Below, piece after piece: positions 36,557 through 49,100 of a DNA stretch of 64,000 bases (the stretch's first letter is position 1; the number at the start of each line of letters is the position of its first letter). The notes under the pieces were generated by a model. The model was not told the DNA's origin. It searched no databases and was given only the letters and a program-made list of their open reading frames with translations. Made by a program: the position numbers and the translations under genes. Origin of the DNA: Antedon mediterranea (Eukaryota; Animalia; Echinodermata); assembly GCF_964355755.1 (NCBI RefSeq), contig NC_092673.1, positions 30,873,648 to 30,937,647 on the forward strand, read 5' to 3'.

Positions 36557-38047
36557 ATGAAACCCTGTTGGATGATGTACCTTTTGATATTTTGCATACA
36601 CATACCTATGCCTACTGGTGAGTCAGCGTTTATGAAAATGAAATAAGCCGAATGTAACGTCCTAGTTAGGAGCCTAAAAGCCTAGCTAGAGCCCTTAGTC
36701 TACTAGGTTATTAGCATCCAACCATTTTACACTATAGGTAGGCCAAGGACGAAGTTTCTCCCTTCCTAATAGCCAGAGTTAAATCAAGCATTCGATACAC
36801 TCAAAAAGGTTTATTTATTGATATATATTTATATATTTAGATTATTGGCCCTAGGCCTAGACATACCCTAAATGATATTACTGTACATGAAAATGAAATA
36901 TGATATTTACTTATTTATTTGTAGCTCGCCCAGGGCTTCTCGGAAAAAAAATGAAGGACTTCATAATAAATGTGTGTTATCGTGAAAAACCGGAATTGAC
37001 ACAAGAAGAGGATGCAAAATGTAAAAAAGACATGGGTACCGCAAGATATTTTGGTGTCTTGCCAAAGAAACCAAAACCAACACCAAAACCAACAAGTAAG
37101 ATTTTTTTTTCTTCATTTGATGGTTTTGTAGGCCTATTTATTTAGTGTGCTTTTCTACAGTAAAGCTGTCTACATTATCAAATTAGTTTGACAAAAAGAG
37201 TGTGATGTGTGCCCAAATATGGTAGTGATATGCCCAAATATGGTAGTAATATGACATCATCATGTCCATATGAGCACATCACATTTTTTGTCACATAAAG
37301 TTTGATAGTGTAGACAGAGTTCCCATTAAATGAAATGGCATTGTTAATACTTAGTATAAACTTACACTGACCCACGTGATTAAGAACCGTTTAAAAGCAG
37401 CAAACAAGTAAAATGTGTCGCACGTAAATTTTAACTTAACGGATGACGTCAAAATTTCTACTCATTTGCATAGCGTAGTTCAGTTGCGTTAACGTAAGTG
37501 TAAAACTCAAGGCACGTGTCGCGCACGGCAAGGCATGTTTAGGTTTGGGTAATATAAATTCTTATTGTTTGGCTTAATTAAAACATATAAATTTACCATT
37601 TGTTTTCTTACCGGACACTGCATTTAATAATGGTACTCTATATGATGGTACTCTACCAGTATTGTTATTTTGTAATACACTATTTTCAGTGTCAGCACTG
37701 GAAAAGGCGGCTATTCAAAGAAAGGTAGAAATGGCGAAGAAGTTGGAGAGAGAAAAAAATGAAACGATTGCAATGGAGACTAAGAAAAAAGTAGAGGATG
37801 CAAAAAAGGCAGGAAGTATGAGAGTATTTTTTAAATGTTTATTTAGATAGTAAGCCTATGTGTCAATCGAGACCCCTTACCGAGTCCGAGGCCAAGTCCA
37901 ACTGAACTACAAAAATACTCTCCCATAGATTAGTACCGTAGTGACGATAAACCCCGTAAAGACACCCAGGAAAAAAACAAACCCGTTCTTATAACATTTA
38001 CACAATATCAACACACGAAACCAATCAGTTCGGCGTTTGAAGGACTG

Positions 38048-38098
<51 letters not shown>

Positions 38099-39348
38099 AT
38101 CCTCATATTCTCATATTCGCTTATCCTGTTCAGAACTTTTCTTTTAATTGAATTTCAACAAATAAAGTTTCTAAATGTGAAGTGTTAACTACGTTTAACT
38201 AACAAAAATAAACAACCTAAATATTATAATCAACAATTATGATATGTCAATCATACTTTCTTTCACAGCGTTTCGGCTGGTTGTTGGTGTTTTGATCGGT
38301 ATTTTTGGTGTTATTTTATTCATTGGTTTAGGAGCTCCACTAGTATATTACCTTGTGTCAGCTCATATCAAGTAAGAAAATCTATTGCCAATCTATTTCG
38401 ATCACAAGATGCAAATTATTTCCATAGTAGACCTGTTTGATTATATCATGGATAAATGATATAGGCCTAATAATTACCAGCAAAGATTACTATTTACTAA
38501 TGTACTGGAAGAACGGAATAATGACCAAATATGGTAGTGATATGCCCAAATATGATCATGTCCATATATGGGAACATGACATTTGACATAAAGTGTGATA
38601 GTTTAGAAAAGTAAGGTTTTAGACCTACGCATGTTGGTCGCCATTTGGGACAAAACCTTAAAAACTTAGCTTTAGGCCTACAGCTGTTCTAGCGGATCCA
38701 TCAGAGGAGAAAGCTAGCTCTGGGCTTATGATGGTAGTTGTGTGGTTGTGGTAAAATGTACCAACACGAGCCATGTTGATGATTACATCTATCTACTAGT
38801 GCTGGCATATAAATGTCCTTCCTTTGTAAATTCAGGCTGCCAAACAATAATTGCACGCTAATTATCATGTAAAACAACAGTGTACACTAGAGTACATTTT
38901 ACCAAACCTTTTTTTAGCAAACTTCGAAGAACCAACATCAGTAAACTATAGTTTGTCAAGAAGGTGACTTCAGCAAACTTGATTTCTGTAGTTTGGGCTA
39001 AACTAGCAAACTGTTCTTTCCAAACTCGTTTGCTTAAGTTTGCAACAACAAACAGATTCTGTAGACTTATCCAAATTCATAAAATTATCTTTAAAAGAAA
39101 TAATTACTTTTCTAATCTGTTTTTTTTTTATTTTAGTAAATTAAATGAAGATGATGAGGACAGTCTATTGTGAGTAAAACACATTATTCTTAGGTCATGT
39201 TTCCACAGCCAAAAACCAACCATTACTTATCCGATAAATGAATTAATAACCGATAATAATCTATCCGATAAAAGCTTACCGATAATTTTTTTTATAGTAA
39301 TTACATGTATCTTTATATCTGATTTTCAGATCAGACGATGAAGAGTGA
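36557..39348 (+). CDS. Uncharacterised type-I single-pass membrane protein B (170 aa) with acidic dileucine tail
   Basis: 6 exons join in frame (513 nt): 36557-36617, 36925-37095, 37690-37815, 38269-38371, 39137-39169, 39330-39348. Signal peptide MKPCWMMYLLIFCIHIPMPTA, two ectodomain Cys, a PKPTPKPT linker, a charged helix, TM helix LVVGVLIGIFGVILFIGLGAPLVYYLV, and tail KLNEDDEDSLLSDDEE*. Confidence 0.78.
37163..37321. mobile_element. Representative of the most abundant MITE family (AGCTCTGTCTACACTATCAAAC TIRs; Harbinger-like)
   Basis: About 15 full or partial copies, at roughly 8981, 20382, 21490, 24890, 27068, 35214, 35526, 37163, 38520, 39528, 42433, 46239, 48168, 52594 and 59289. TWA flanks and an internal 21-bp repeat ATGCCCAAATATGGTAGTGAT. 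Confidence 0.85.
38051..38094. repeat. (AG)n microsatellite
   Basis: About 22 AG dinucleotides. Confidence 0.95.
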
Positions 39349-39769
39349 CATCAAAAGTATATATTTCGGAAATATTTATTCATTTATTCTTTCATTTTGT
39401 TTTCACCAATAAACTGTGACTAATTTTTAAATTCTGATTATGATTGTACTGTACCGCCAAATAATTATGGCATGCATTTTCTGTCAAGTATTACAGGCAA
39501 ATTTGAATTATGTTAATTTTAGAGTTAAGCTCTGTCTACACTATCAAATTAGTTTGTCAAAAAGTGTGACGTGCCCAATGGTATGATATCACACTTTTTT
39601 GTCAAACTAGTTTTATAGTGTAGACAGAGATTAGCAGCATTCACACATACATACTTTGCTACTACACTAATGCCAACCGTTATATCAACAAATTTGTTTT
39701 ACGTAGTCGAAGAAGAACCTCTTCATCAAAAACTCTGGCGCCAACATCCACAGGATCACATGTGTCTTA

Positions 39770-39982
39770 AGCTTGGTTCCCACTAGTGAAACAACGTAAC
39801 GCAACCTACGCAACGAAGAAAATGCCCTTCTAACAATTGTGTTTGCCCCCGCCTGCGAAATCAAACTTGCGATGTTGCAGCAATGTTGCGTCGTCGGTTC
39901 CCACTTATGATTACGCAATACAGCACTTTGCGTTTATACGTTATTGCGTTGCGTTACGTTGCGTCCTAGTGGGAACCACGCT
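39770..39982. mobile_element. Harbinger-like MITE (AGCTTGGTTCCCACTAG family)
   Basis: TIR AGCTTGGTTCCCACTAG / CTAGTGGGAACCACGCT. Relatives at about 21052, 34255, 34550 and 44107-44684. Confidence 0.8.
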
Positions 39983-42900
39983 TACTCTACTTTCTACGCA
40001 ACCTTGTCATAGACACCTTTGATGACTAACAAGATTATATGTAATCCTCGACCAAATCTCATTAAAAATACATTTATCTTTTTTTTTATCAATGAACAGT
40101 AAACTAATTCATACAATCCTACCTGAAACCTACTTTTTTTTCTTAACGTTGACGTCACAGACCGCTTCGTCCCATATGCGGATTAATCTCACAATGAAAC
40201 ATTCTCCGAATATAACATTAAATCGTTAAATTATATTTGTGACATTAAACGAGAGCAGATCTTTTTCAAAATGGGTGCCAATGAGATTAACTTTTCTAGC
40301 CCAAGAGGACCCTTTAATGATGTTACGTCTACCTCTAATGTTTTAGCCTCATTTTAGAAATGGTATTACCTGGAAATCTATATATTCATATTAATGATTT
40401 GACGTTATAATTGTGCATAGGCTTTTAGTCTTGATACAATAATTGTTAAAAATTAAAATAAAAGGGCCGATTTCTTGTTATTACAAGAAAACAATAAGAA
40501 AACTATAATGTCGCTAGCTGATAGAAATAAAACTTCAAGATTGATAAGTCACTTAAGACATGTATAGGCCTATGATGCCGAAATAAATCAAATCAAATCA
40601 AATCAAATGTTCATTGTATTATTATGCCCTCTATACAAAACAAATACTAGGATTAGTATTAATGAGAAATACAAGGAACTATACGGTAATCCAGTCGTAG
40701 ATTCTGGCAGGCAGGGAAGTGTCTCCCCCCCCCCCCATCCATTAAAAATGATGACAAGCCAACCTATATTGTCACTATCAACCCAGCCTATATTCTGTGT
40801 ATCCCAGGTAGTCGATCTCAGTCTCCCACATCCATAAACAAAGTATGGAAAGCCAAATGATTAATGTCATGATTCTGTTTGTGAGATCCTGGATATCCAA
40901 GAACGAATAGATTCATAGTCATACCCCCAATAATGTCACACATTGTAACAGTATTAAACACAAACTGTTTTATTAGAATATCATATCCACCTTCTTTCGT
41001 TTTATTTATTTTTTCTCAGGGGGCACATTTCAATTTCTGACCTTAGTTCCGATTAAACATGAACATTCAGAAACAAATCGTAAATTCTCAAATTGTCGAT
41101 TTTGTAATGGTCCTCAAAAAAAAAGCACAAGGACAAGTTTCTGGCGACCTGGATTACTTTAATAAGTGCATTTTAATGTGTTCAGCCTATGAAATGCGCA
41201 TGTGCAACAGTTCGGGTGTACTAGGCCTACCTAGTTTCGTAATACTAACGAACTAGACCTTTTATAATGTTTCGTCTGTATAGTACACCTGTTTATTATG
41301 CATAGAGTAGCTTTTTGTATGCTAATTTATTTGTCGTCGTTTCATCGTTATTATTCTGACTCGCTCAATTTTGTTAAGGAAATATATAGATGGTGACACG
41401 TATATAGGCTACTGTACTAACATCTATTTCAACCAAGATATTTAAGGTTAGACCACCGACAGTTTTGGGTGGGTGGGTGGTGAATACCGGATATTTAACT
41501 TAATATTAATAACGTTGAGAGTAATATTTGCAATAGCCTGCCAACATATGCCTTTTCGCTGATGTGTCACAGTATTGTATAAAATAAAAATATCGCACGT
41601 GCCTTCCACAAATATGACGTTGAATTGCCTTAATGAAAACATATTAAATGTAATAATATCGCAGGCCTACTGCCAATAATAAATATAACATATTTTGCAA
41701 TTTGTTTTATATGTATTTTTGCTATAGTTCAAGGCTATGTTTTCACACTACTTTAGGCCTGTCCAAACGGTGTGATCTCACTGGCTTAATTCCCGTATTA
41801 CCGTGCGTTGGCCTTTCATTCATTGAATTATAAACTGGGCATCGGTTTTCATAGAAATCAGTTAAGTCAATTTAAAATACATAGGTTCATAACGTAATAC
41901 ACAGAAACAACAGATAAAGTGGTTTTTAAGTGATCCCCCATGCTGGTTCCTTATTGACTGGTGTTTGAGTGACAAGTCTAATCCATTATTACCAAATAAC
42001 GTTTAAGTTGTTTAACAAACCAGTATCCTGTATATGTTCTTCGATGAAAAAAAATGTTTGAAAATGAATGACGTCATGATCAGAAAAACAATAAAATCGA
42101 TACAACGAAATATTATTTTCATTCAAGACATCATAATGGTTATGCTCTATGTTTTAGGATAAACTCATGTTTTTTTTTTAAAACACGAATTACGTCAAAC
42201 GTCAGTGCGTATAACAATCAACTTAGTTTCCACTATGACGCAACGTAACAAACATAAGTCGCAACGCAAGCAAATTGACCAATCAAAATCAATAATTAGT
42301 CCAACTCTCGCTTGTGATTGGTCAATCCGTAACCGCTGAGTAAAAATGGAAAAAGACTACAGAATAGACATCATATTTTTAATATATTCGTGTAAACAGA
42401 ACTCGCTCAAAATGTTAAAAATAAAAACGTTAAGCTCTATCTACACTATCAAACGTTATGCGTCACAAAAATGTGATGTGTCCATATATGGTAGTGATAT
42501 GGTCAAATATGGTAGTGATATGACATACATCATCATGTCCATATTTAGGCACATCACATTTTTTGTTTGATAGTGTAGACTTTAGATTAATTAAATACAC
42601 CGGATACAATATTATTATTATTATCTTTTTTACACACATATAAATTAAATTGTTTAAAAAAAAAGCAAAATATGCAGCGGTATTTATTAAATTTTATTTA
42701 AAACATTATTAACAATAATATTGAATAGTAAATAGAGAAAAAATGATATCACGCATTACATAATAAGAATTTATAAACAAACTAGCACATATCTAATGAA
42801 CTGTCTTAATTACACTTTTCTTATAACATCATAAATCAGAACCGCACCACTTAATCATTATGTTCCCAAGCACAGGTGACAAACCTCATTAGTGTGAGGC

Positions 42901-43195
42901 AGTTAATAGAAATTGATAGGCGTGTTTTCCTATTAGTACCCTCCCATTTTCTTTGTTTTCCCTACGTCACCTGAACAATGGTTCAGTCCCTTTTCATTCG
43001 CCAAATTATTATAAACCTTCACCAATTCAGATAAAGCCTTTTATTTAACACCTTGCTCCACGCGCACTGTTCGCAGCCATTCAACAACTTATTTGGCCCA
43101 CTGTGAAACACTTTGTTGTGTCCATTTAAGCACTGGACGCAATTAAAGGCAGTGGTCATTAAGATTAGACCTGCTTATAACGTTTTACATCGAAC

Positions 43196-46100
43196 ATGAC
43201 ATACTTTTTCTTCTGCGTACTTCTGCTCGTGGTGGTGGGTCTTGTGTTGATCGATGGACATGGTTATGGAAAGTCGGAGCAACAAGATTCATCAGCGGGT
43301 CGATGTTCGGCATCCCACGACCGTACGAAGCGGGATGATCATGCCAGTTTTCCCCGTCACGTTGAGTATTCTACGGACCCTGTTGACGACATGGACTATG
43401 CTGCTTATTTTGCTGGCACTTCTGGCCTTCTTCGTTTAACAAATATTGAAACTATTCCACGAGGCAATTTTTCTATTTCATTTTGGATGAAGCCCGAAGG
43501 AGGGCAGTTTGGAAAAACCGATGTTCTACGTAAGTTATTTATTTTATTATTTTTTTAATTAATTGGAATATTTGTACTACTGCAACCTAAGCACAATTAA
43601 ACAAATTTAAGTAAATATTGCTTTTATTAGGCATATTAACAAAAATGCCGAGTTTGCTATTATTTATTTATTTATTATGCATATGACAATTAGTGATATA
43701 GAACGGAACATATTTCTATAGATACTTTTTCGTAAGATCCAATAAAGAAAGTATAATTTCTGGAGTTTTAACATAGTCCTATTTAAGTTAGATTGATGCG
43801 TTACTGGTTTGTAGTAGTAACTTTGCAGACAGTGGAACCCACAAAATGAGAAATTAATAGTCTGATAGAAGTAGCCAATACAATCTTCCGACCTGTAATA
43901 CATGTCACTCCTTACATCATATCTCACACATGATTGATGGGATCATTCAAGCTATGTTGGGCATGGCAAACTCGGTGGTACAAACGAGGAAAAAACATAC
44001 AAATTAGGACATATAGTACAGGCCTATTAATGCTGCTATACAGTGTAGGGCCTACGGTAATAACGTTTACGTACGTTATCATCGTAACATAACGTAACGA
44101 TAATTAAGCTTGGTTCCCACTAGAACGTAACGCAAGGACGTAAACGCAACGCAAGCGTTTTAACCAATGAGAAGCGAAGTTATAGACAGTTAGCAATCAC
44201 AAGCGAATAAGCCATCGCTTGTGATTGGTCAATTCACTTGCGTTGCGTTACGTACTTGTGTTGCGTCGCTAGTGGGAACCACGCTTAAAGCTTGGTTATC
44301 ACTTGCGACGCAAAGTAACGCAATCTTTGCAACGTAAGAAAATGCCCTTCCAATCATTGTGTTTGCCCCCACCTGCGTTAAATCAAACCTGCGATTTTTA
44401 CAGCAATGGTGCGTCGTCGGTTCCCACTTGCGATTACGCAATGCATCACTTTGCGTCGATACGTCGCTGCGTTGCGTTGCGTTTTAGTGGGAACCACGCT
44501 TAAAGCGTGGTTCCCACTAGCGACGCAACGCAAGGACGTAACGCAACGCAAGTAAATTGACAAATTACAAGCGATGGCTTATTCGCTTGTGTGATTGCTA
44601 ACTGTCTATAACTTCGCTTGTCATTGGTTAAAACGCTTGCGTTGCGTTTACGTCCTTGCGTTACGTTCTAGTGGGAACCAAGCTCTAGCACCAACATTGC
44701 GCAATGGTGTAGGGCTTCATTCATGTTATAGTCTGCTGTTCACGTGCGTTACGTATTTTAACGTAGATAGTGATGTCATTGAAATTAACAGTAGTACACC
44801 TACACGTGCGTTAAAATCGTATTTTGACGTAGAGTAGTCACGTCATTTGGTGAAATATTTCGGGCAATATTGTAGACAGCATGTGCTATGACGTATTGTA
44901 GTCACACGTGTGATACAGCCGTATTTTAACGTAGTGATATCATCATAGGGCCAGTAGGCCTATTATATATCGGAGAATAGTGTAGACCTGCATGTGTTAT
45001 AGTCTGATGTTTACTTACGTTTTATAAACCGTTAAAGTGATGTCATTATAGGGTCAATAATATATCGTGCAATATTTGAGGCCTAGGCAGACATGCATGT
45101 GTTATATAGAATGTATGTTTACGTTCTTTGCATTTTAACTTATGTAGCTGTGATGTCACAGGGTTAATTGTCAATATTATATATCGGGCAATGGTGTAGA
45201 CCTTCATGTGTTGAAATCTGACAGGATTATTAATTTTCTTGAAACGATGCATTAATTCATCAACGAGAAATCAAAGTGATTCGAATTTCAAGACGTGTTA
45301 AGGAAGTGAAGGTTTGCGTATTAATAGCACATAGTACGCTCATGGGAATTGACGGGAATGTTATTACCAAAATGGCGCGAAGTGGAGAAAGGAATGTTCA
45401 TTAATGTGTTGTATAAGTTATTTATGTTTTTTGTCCATTTGTTCGTTTTTAACCTCCATAAATTCATTCTGCTCAGGGAATCAGAGACAACAGCCTTCAT
45501 ATTTTAATTTGCAAGAGATGTCTACAATAAGCCTAGGCCTACATGACATTAGAATAACCCACTGAATGATTTTTCTATTTGTTTGTTTACATTTTTGTTT
45601 TAAATTTGTTATTGTCATGACAAAATTCTAATGAAAAAATACGTCCAGTAGGCCTAGGCCCTAGATCCGTGAAAAATACAATATAATTTCAAAATCTTCG
45701 ATTGTAATTTTTTTTTATATATAGAAGTTAATATTTTCACCTATTCACTTTAAAAGATAAACATAATGAATTGTAGTGATAAACCATTTTGATCCCACAA
45801 TTTAACGTCTGCAGTCTGCTCGTTAGAGTCGTAATACTTTCCCTGGCCTGGGCACATGTGGTCTGACAAATGGCCTAATAATATACTTTTCATTGACAAT
45901 TTAGGCATACACTTTGTGTGTAGTCGTTTAGTTCTTTTATTCGAATGCATTTGGAAAATCGTATTTTTAAAAAAACAGTCCATCACTCATATTTTGTTAT
46001 TTAATTCGTTAAAATAAAAAGAAATACTGACGTCATAACATAGTCGTTCCGTTAGCGTCCAAGGTTAATCGACTATTCTTTCCCGGATATACTTTTTGAA

Positions 46101-49100
46101 TAGGAATATTGTTTTTTAAGTTTTCGAAGTATTTATCAATTTCAACAACACAACTAACAGGTGTCAATAACTGTTTGAGTAGAAATATATAGTTTCTTCG
46201 ACTTTCGTGGGTGAAACTTGCACGTAGACCTAAAATTAAGCTCTGTTTACACTATCAAACTACCAAATATTGTAGTGATATGACATCATCATGTCCATAT
46301 ATGGGCACATCACATTTTTTTTTTGTCACATAAAGTTTGATAGTCAATACAGAGCTTTAGATTAGATCATAAGATGTCTGTAATAAAGTCAAAACTGAAA
46401 TCCATTTAACCACGAACACCCTATGTAGATCTATCATAATAATCATTTAACTTTATATAACATATTCTGTATCTATTATCATTAGTGACGCCTCTCATCT
46501 TGCGACATCACCATTTCCTCTGTTTTATGCCGTTTGGTTAGTGTTTTACACAGTTTCAATTCCCTTTTAACTTTAAATTAATGTAGTATCATCCTCTTGG
46601 CCGTCTGCAGTTAATAGCATATAGGCCTAAACAGTAGATCTAATAATTAAGTAGACCTCCTTCTTTACTTGTTACTTACTTGTTTGCATAGCTAACCTCA
46701 TTATTGGGGACATTTCGCCGTCATTGACATTATGTTAACATAGCACAACAATGAGAGACGTTAATTTTGATGAGAAGGTCATGGAACACTAACTAATTTT
46801 AAAAACAACTAAAAACCTGGGACCTGTAACCCTTGGTAGGGACCCTGACGGGTACTCTCCCTCCGGGTCAAAGGGGTCCCGAAACTCATCGGTGGGCAGG
46901 GGCGCTCATCTCCCTGTTTGAACTGACAGGAATGAATGCCTACTGCAATTATAATTTAATTGTGATAGATTGTTAAAAGTTTACCACACCAAATACTTGT
47001 TTCTACTTGGAATGCACAAGATCAACTCTTGTTCTATTGTACTACTATTGTTTATGGTAGTTCACTAACGTTTGTCTCAACGTATGTTTTTAGCTCTGAA
47101 ATTTAACACATATATACCTACCTACATTCATTGTATATAACTTAAAGTCTTTATGACTTATATGACTCCCCTCCCCCCTCCCCACATAATTACTTCATTG
47201 CATTATTATGTACGTATTTTATTATATTGTAGAAATAAATTGATATTTAAATCTTGGCTCTGAAACAAAATTCAGCACATACTGTACTACCTACATTCAT
47301 GTATACATCTTGGATTGGAAATTCAACATACGTACAGTACATAAATTCATATCTTTATAGAGATGAGTCGAATTTGATAAAATGTCAGTGGACCAATGAG
47401 TGTATGTTTTTTTGGAAGTCATTTTTCCGTGGCACTTTGATATAAGTTTCAGTCACGTAATTTACCAGACGATTTAGGTTTATGCTATGTAGGTCGCTGT
47501 TAAACCTTTTCATAAATGTCTTGTTAATAAGCTGAGCATTAACGCGGTTCCCATTAGGAGGGTAGAACGCAGGAACACATGCACATTCCAAGTATTGACC
47601 AATCACAAGTAATAGTTCAGATTACCTGTCGTCTCTGAGGTCAAAGTACTTGTGTAACACGATACGTCCAATTCACGTATACACATTGCGTCCTATTTAC
47701 TTAAATCAAGCCTCTTATCCCAGTTTGTTACACACTGGACGTGCGTTTGTTCTTTGTAGTCCGGTCCAAACAATCATGTGTGCAAAACACGATATTCAGG
47801 CCCTGCTGTTAATTTCGAATGCATCACAATAAATTCTTTATGAAAACATAAAAATTCGGATATACCTGATTAGTTCTGAGTGAATGAGCCTGTACTAATT
47901 ATCAAATATTTACACTGCCGCACACAGCTTGATATATCGTATATGACTAATTATTGGTTGATTCTATAGTTTTTTTTCTGTTTTTCTTTTCATTATTTTA
48001 AATCCTAACTATTCCTTGGCAATTTACGCTTGATTTTTTCTTTTTTTTTTAAACCTTCTCTGTGTGAAATAAAGAGAAATGTAAATATTAAATACACATG
48101 GCAGTATATGTGTTATAAACTTAGAGTTCTGTAGAATGTAGAATAAACTTACAGTTTTCCCATCTAAAGCTCTGTCTACACTATCAAACATTATGTGACA
48201 AACAAATGTGTTGTGCCTATATGTACGATTATGTCATATGTATCACTACCATATTTGGGCAAATCACACTTTTTTTTCTAATTAGTTTGATAGTGTAAAC
48301 AGAGCTTTACTATAAACTCAGCGATTTACCCATCGGCGCAAGTAGGCCTACCTACAGTAGTATTCCCCAACGTGGTTAGCATAACACTGGAGACTAAGCA
48401 TCACAAGCTATGCCAATTTCCAAAGTTTTTTCTTCGACAAATTCAAACACACCTTTTGGGTTTGCACTTTAATACTGTAACATCATCAGTTAATTGAGGT
48501 TGAAAATAGTCACCACACACACATACAGTTTACAAATGAGGAAGTTACACGAGATTCGTTGTAAAGAAAGTTCATTAGACCTCGATAGTAAATTGTTTTC
48601 TCATTTTATTATATAATTTATAGTTTTGCTAGATTCTGTATTATTGATTGTCAATGTATATCATCAATTTGGTTTTCGCACATTTTCAGTAGATTGAGAA
48701 AAGTTCAAAACTTTAAAAAAAAAATAGTCCTCTCGCCTACCTGGTGGCTGAATACTACCATTAATAACACACCTGCACCCGTGGGTGTGATTTACAATCG
48801 CAGATGGAAGTTCCCTAGCCTTGTATTTTGATTGTCCATCACACCCTGTGGACACCGTACTGACTAGCCGTATTTACCGGCATAACTCTAGCCCTACGGG
48901 ACCACAACCTCAGCTTCGCTAAACTTGACCTTCACCTAGAACTTGTTCAACTCACCAAATTTTAAATCGTTTTAACAAGTTCTGAAGTGTTGTAACACTT
49001 ATTTAATTGTTTATTAAATATGGATAACATTATAATCCACACTGGGAATTGACATAAAAGTTGTCATTTTTATTATAGTATTTTACAAGAACTTTTGTTT

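Noticed and set aside
40584-40960. (AAATC)n plus adjacent sequence as a minus-strand LINE 3' end
   Set aside because: A plausible tail, but no recognisable ORF2 peptide could be read, so it is left uncalled.
46840-46890. Hammerhead ribozyme (CTGACGG...CGAAAC)
   Set aside because: The core would need CTGANGA, and here it is CTGACGG. I could not build stems I-III around a cleavage triplet by eye.
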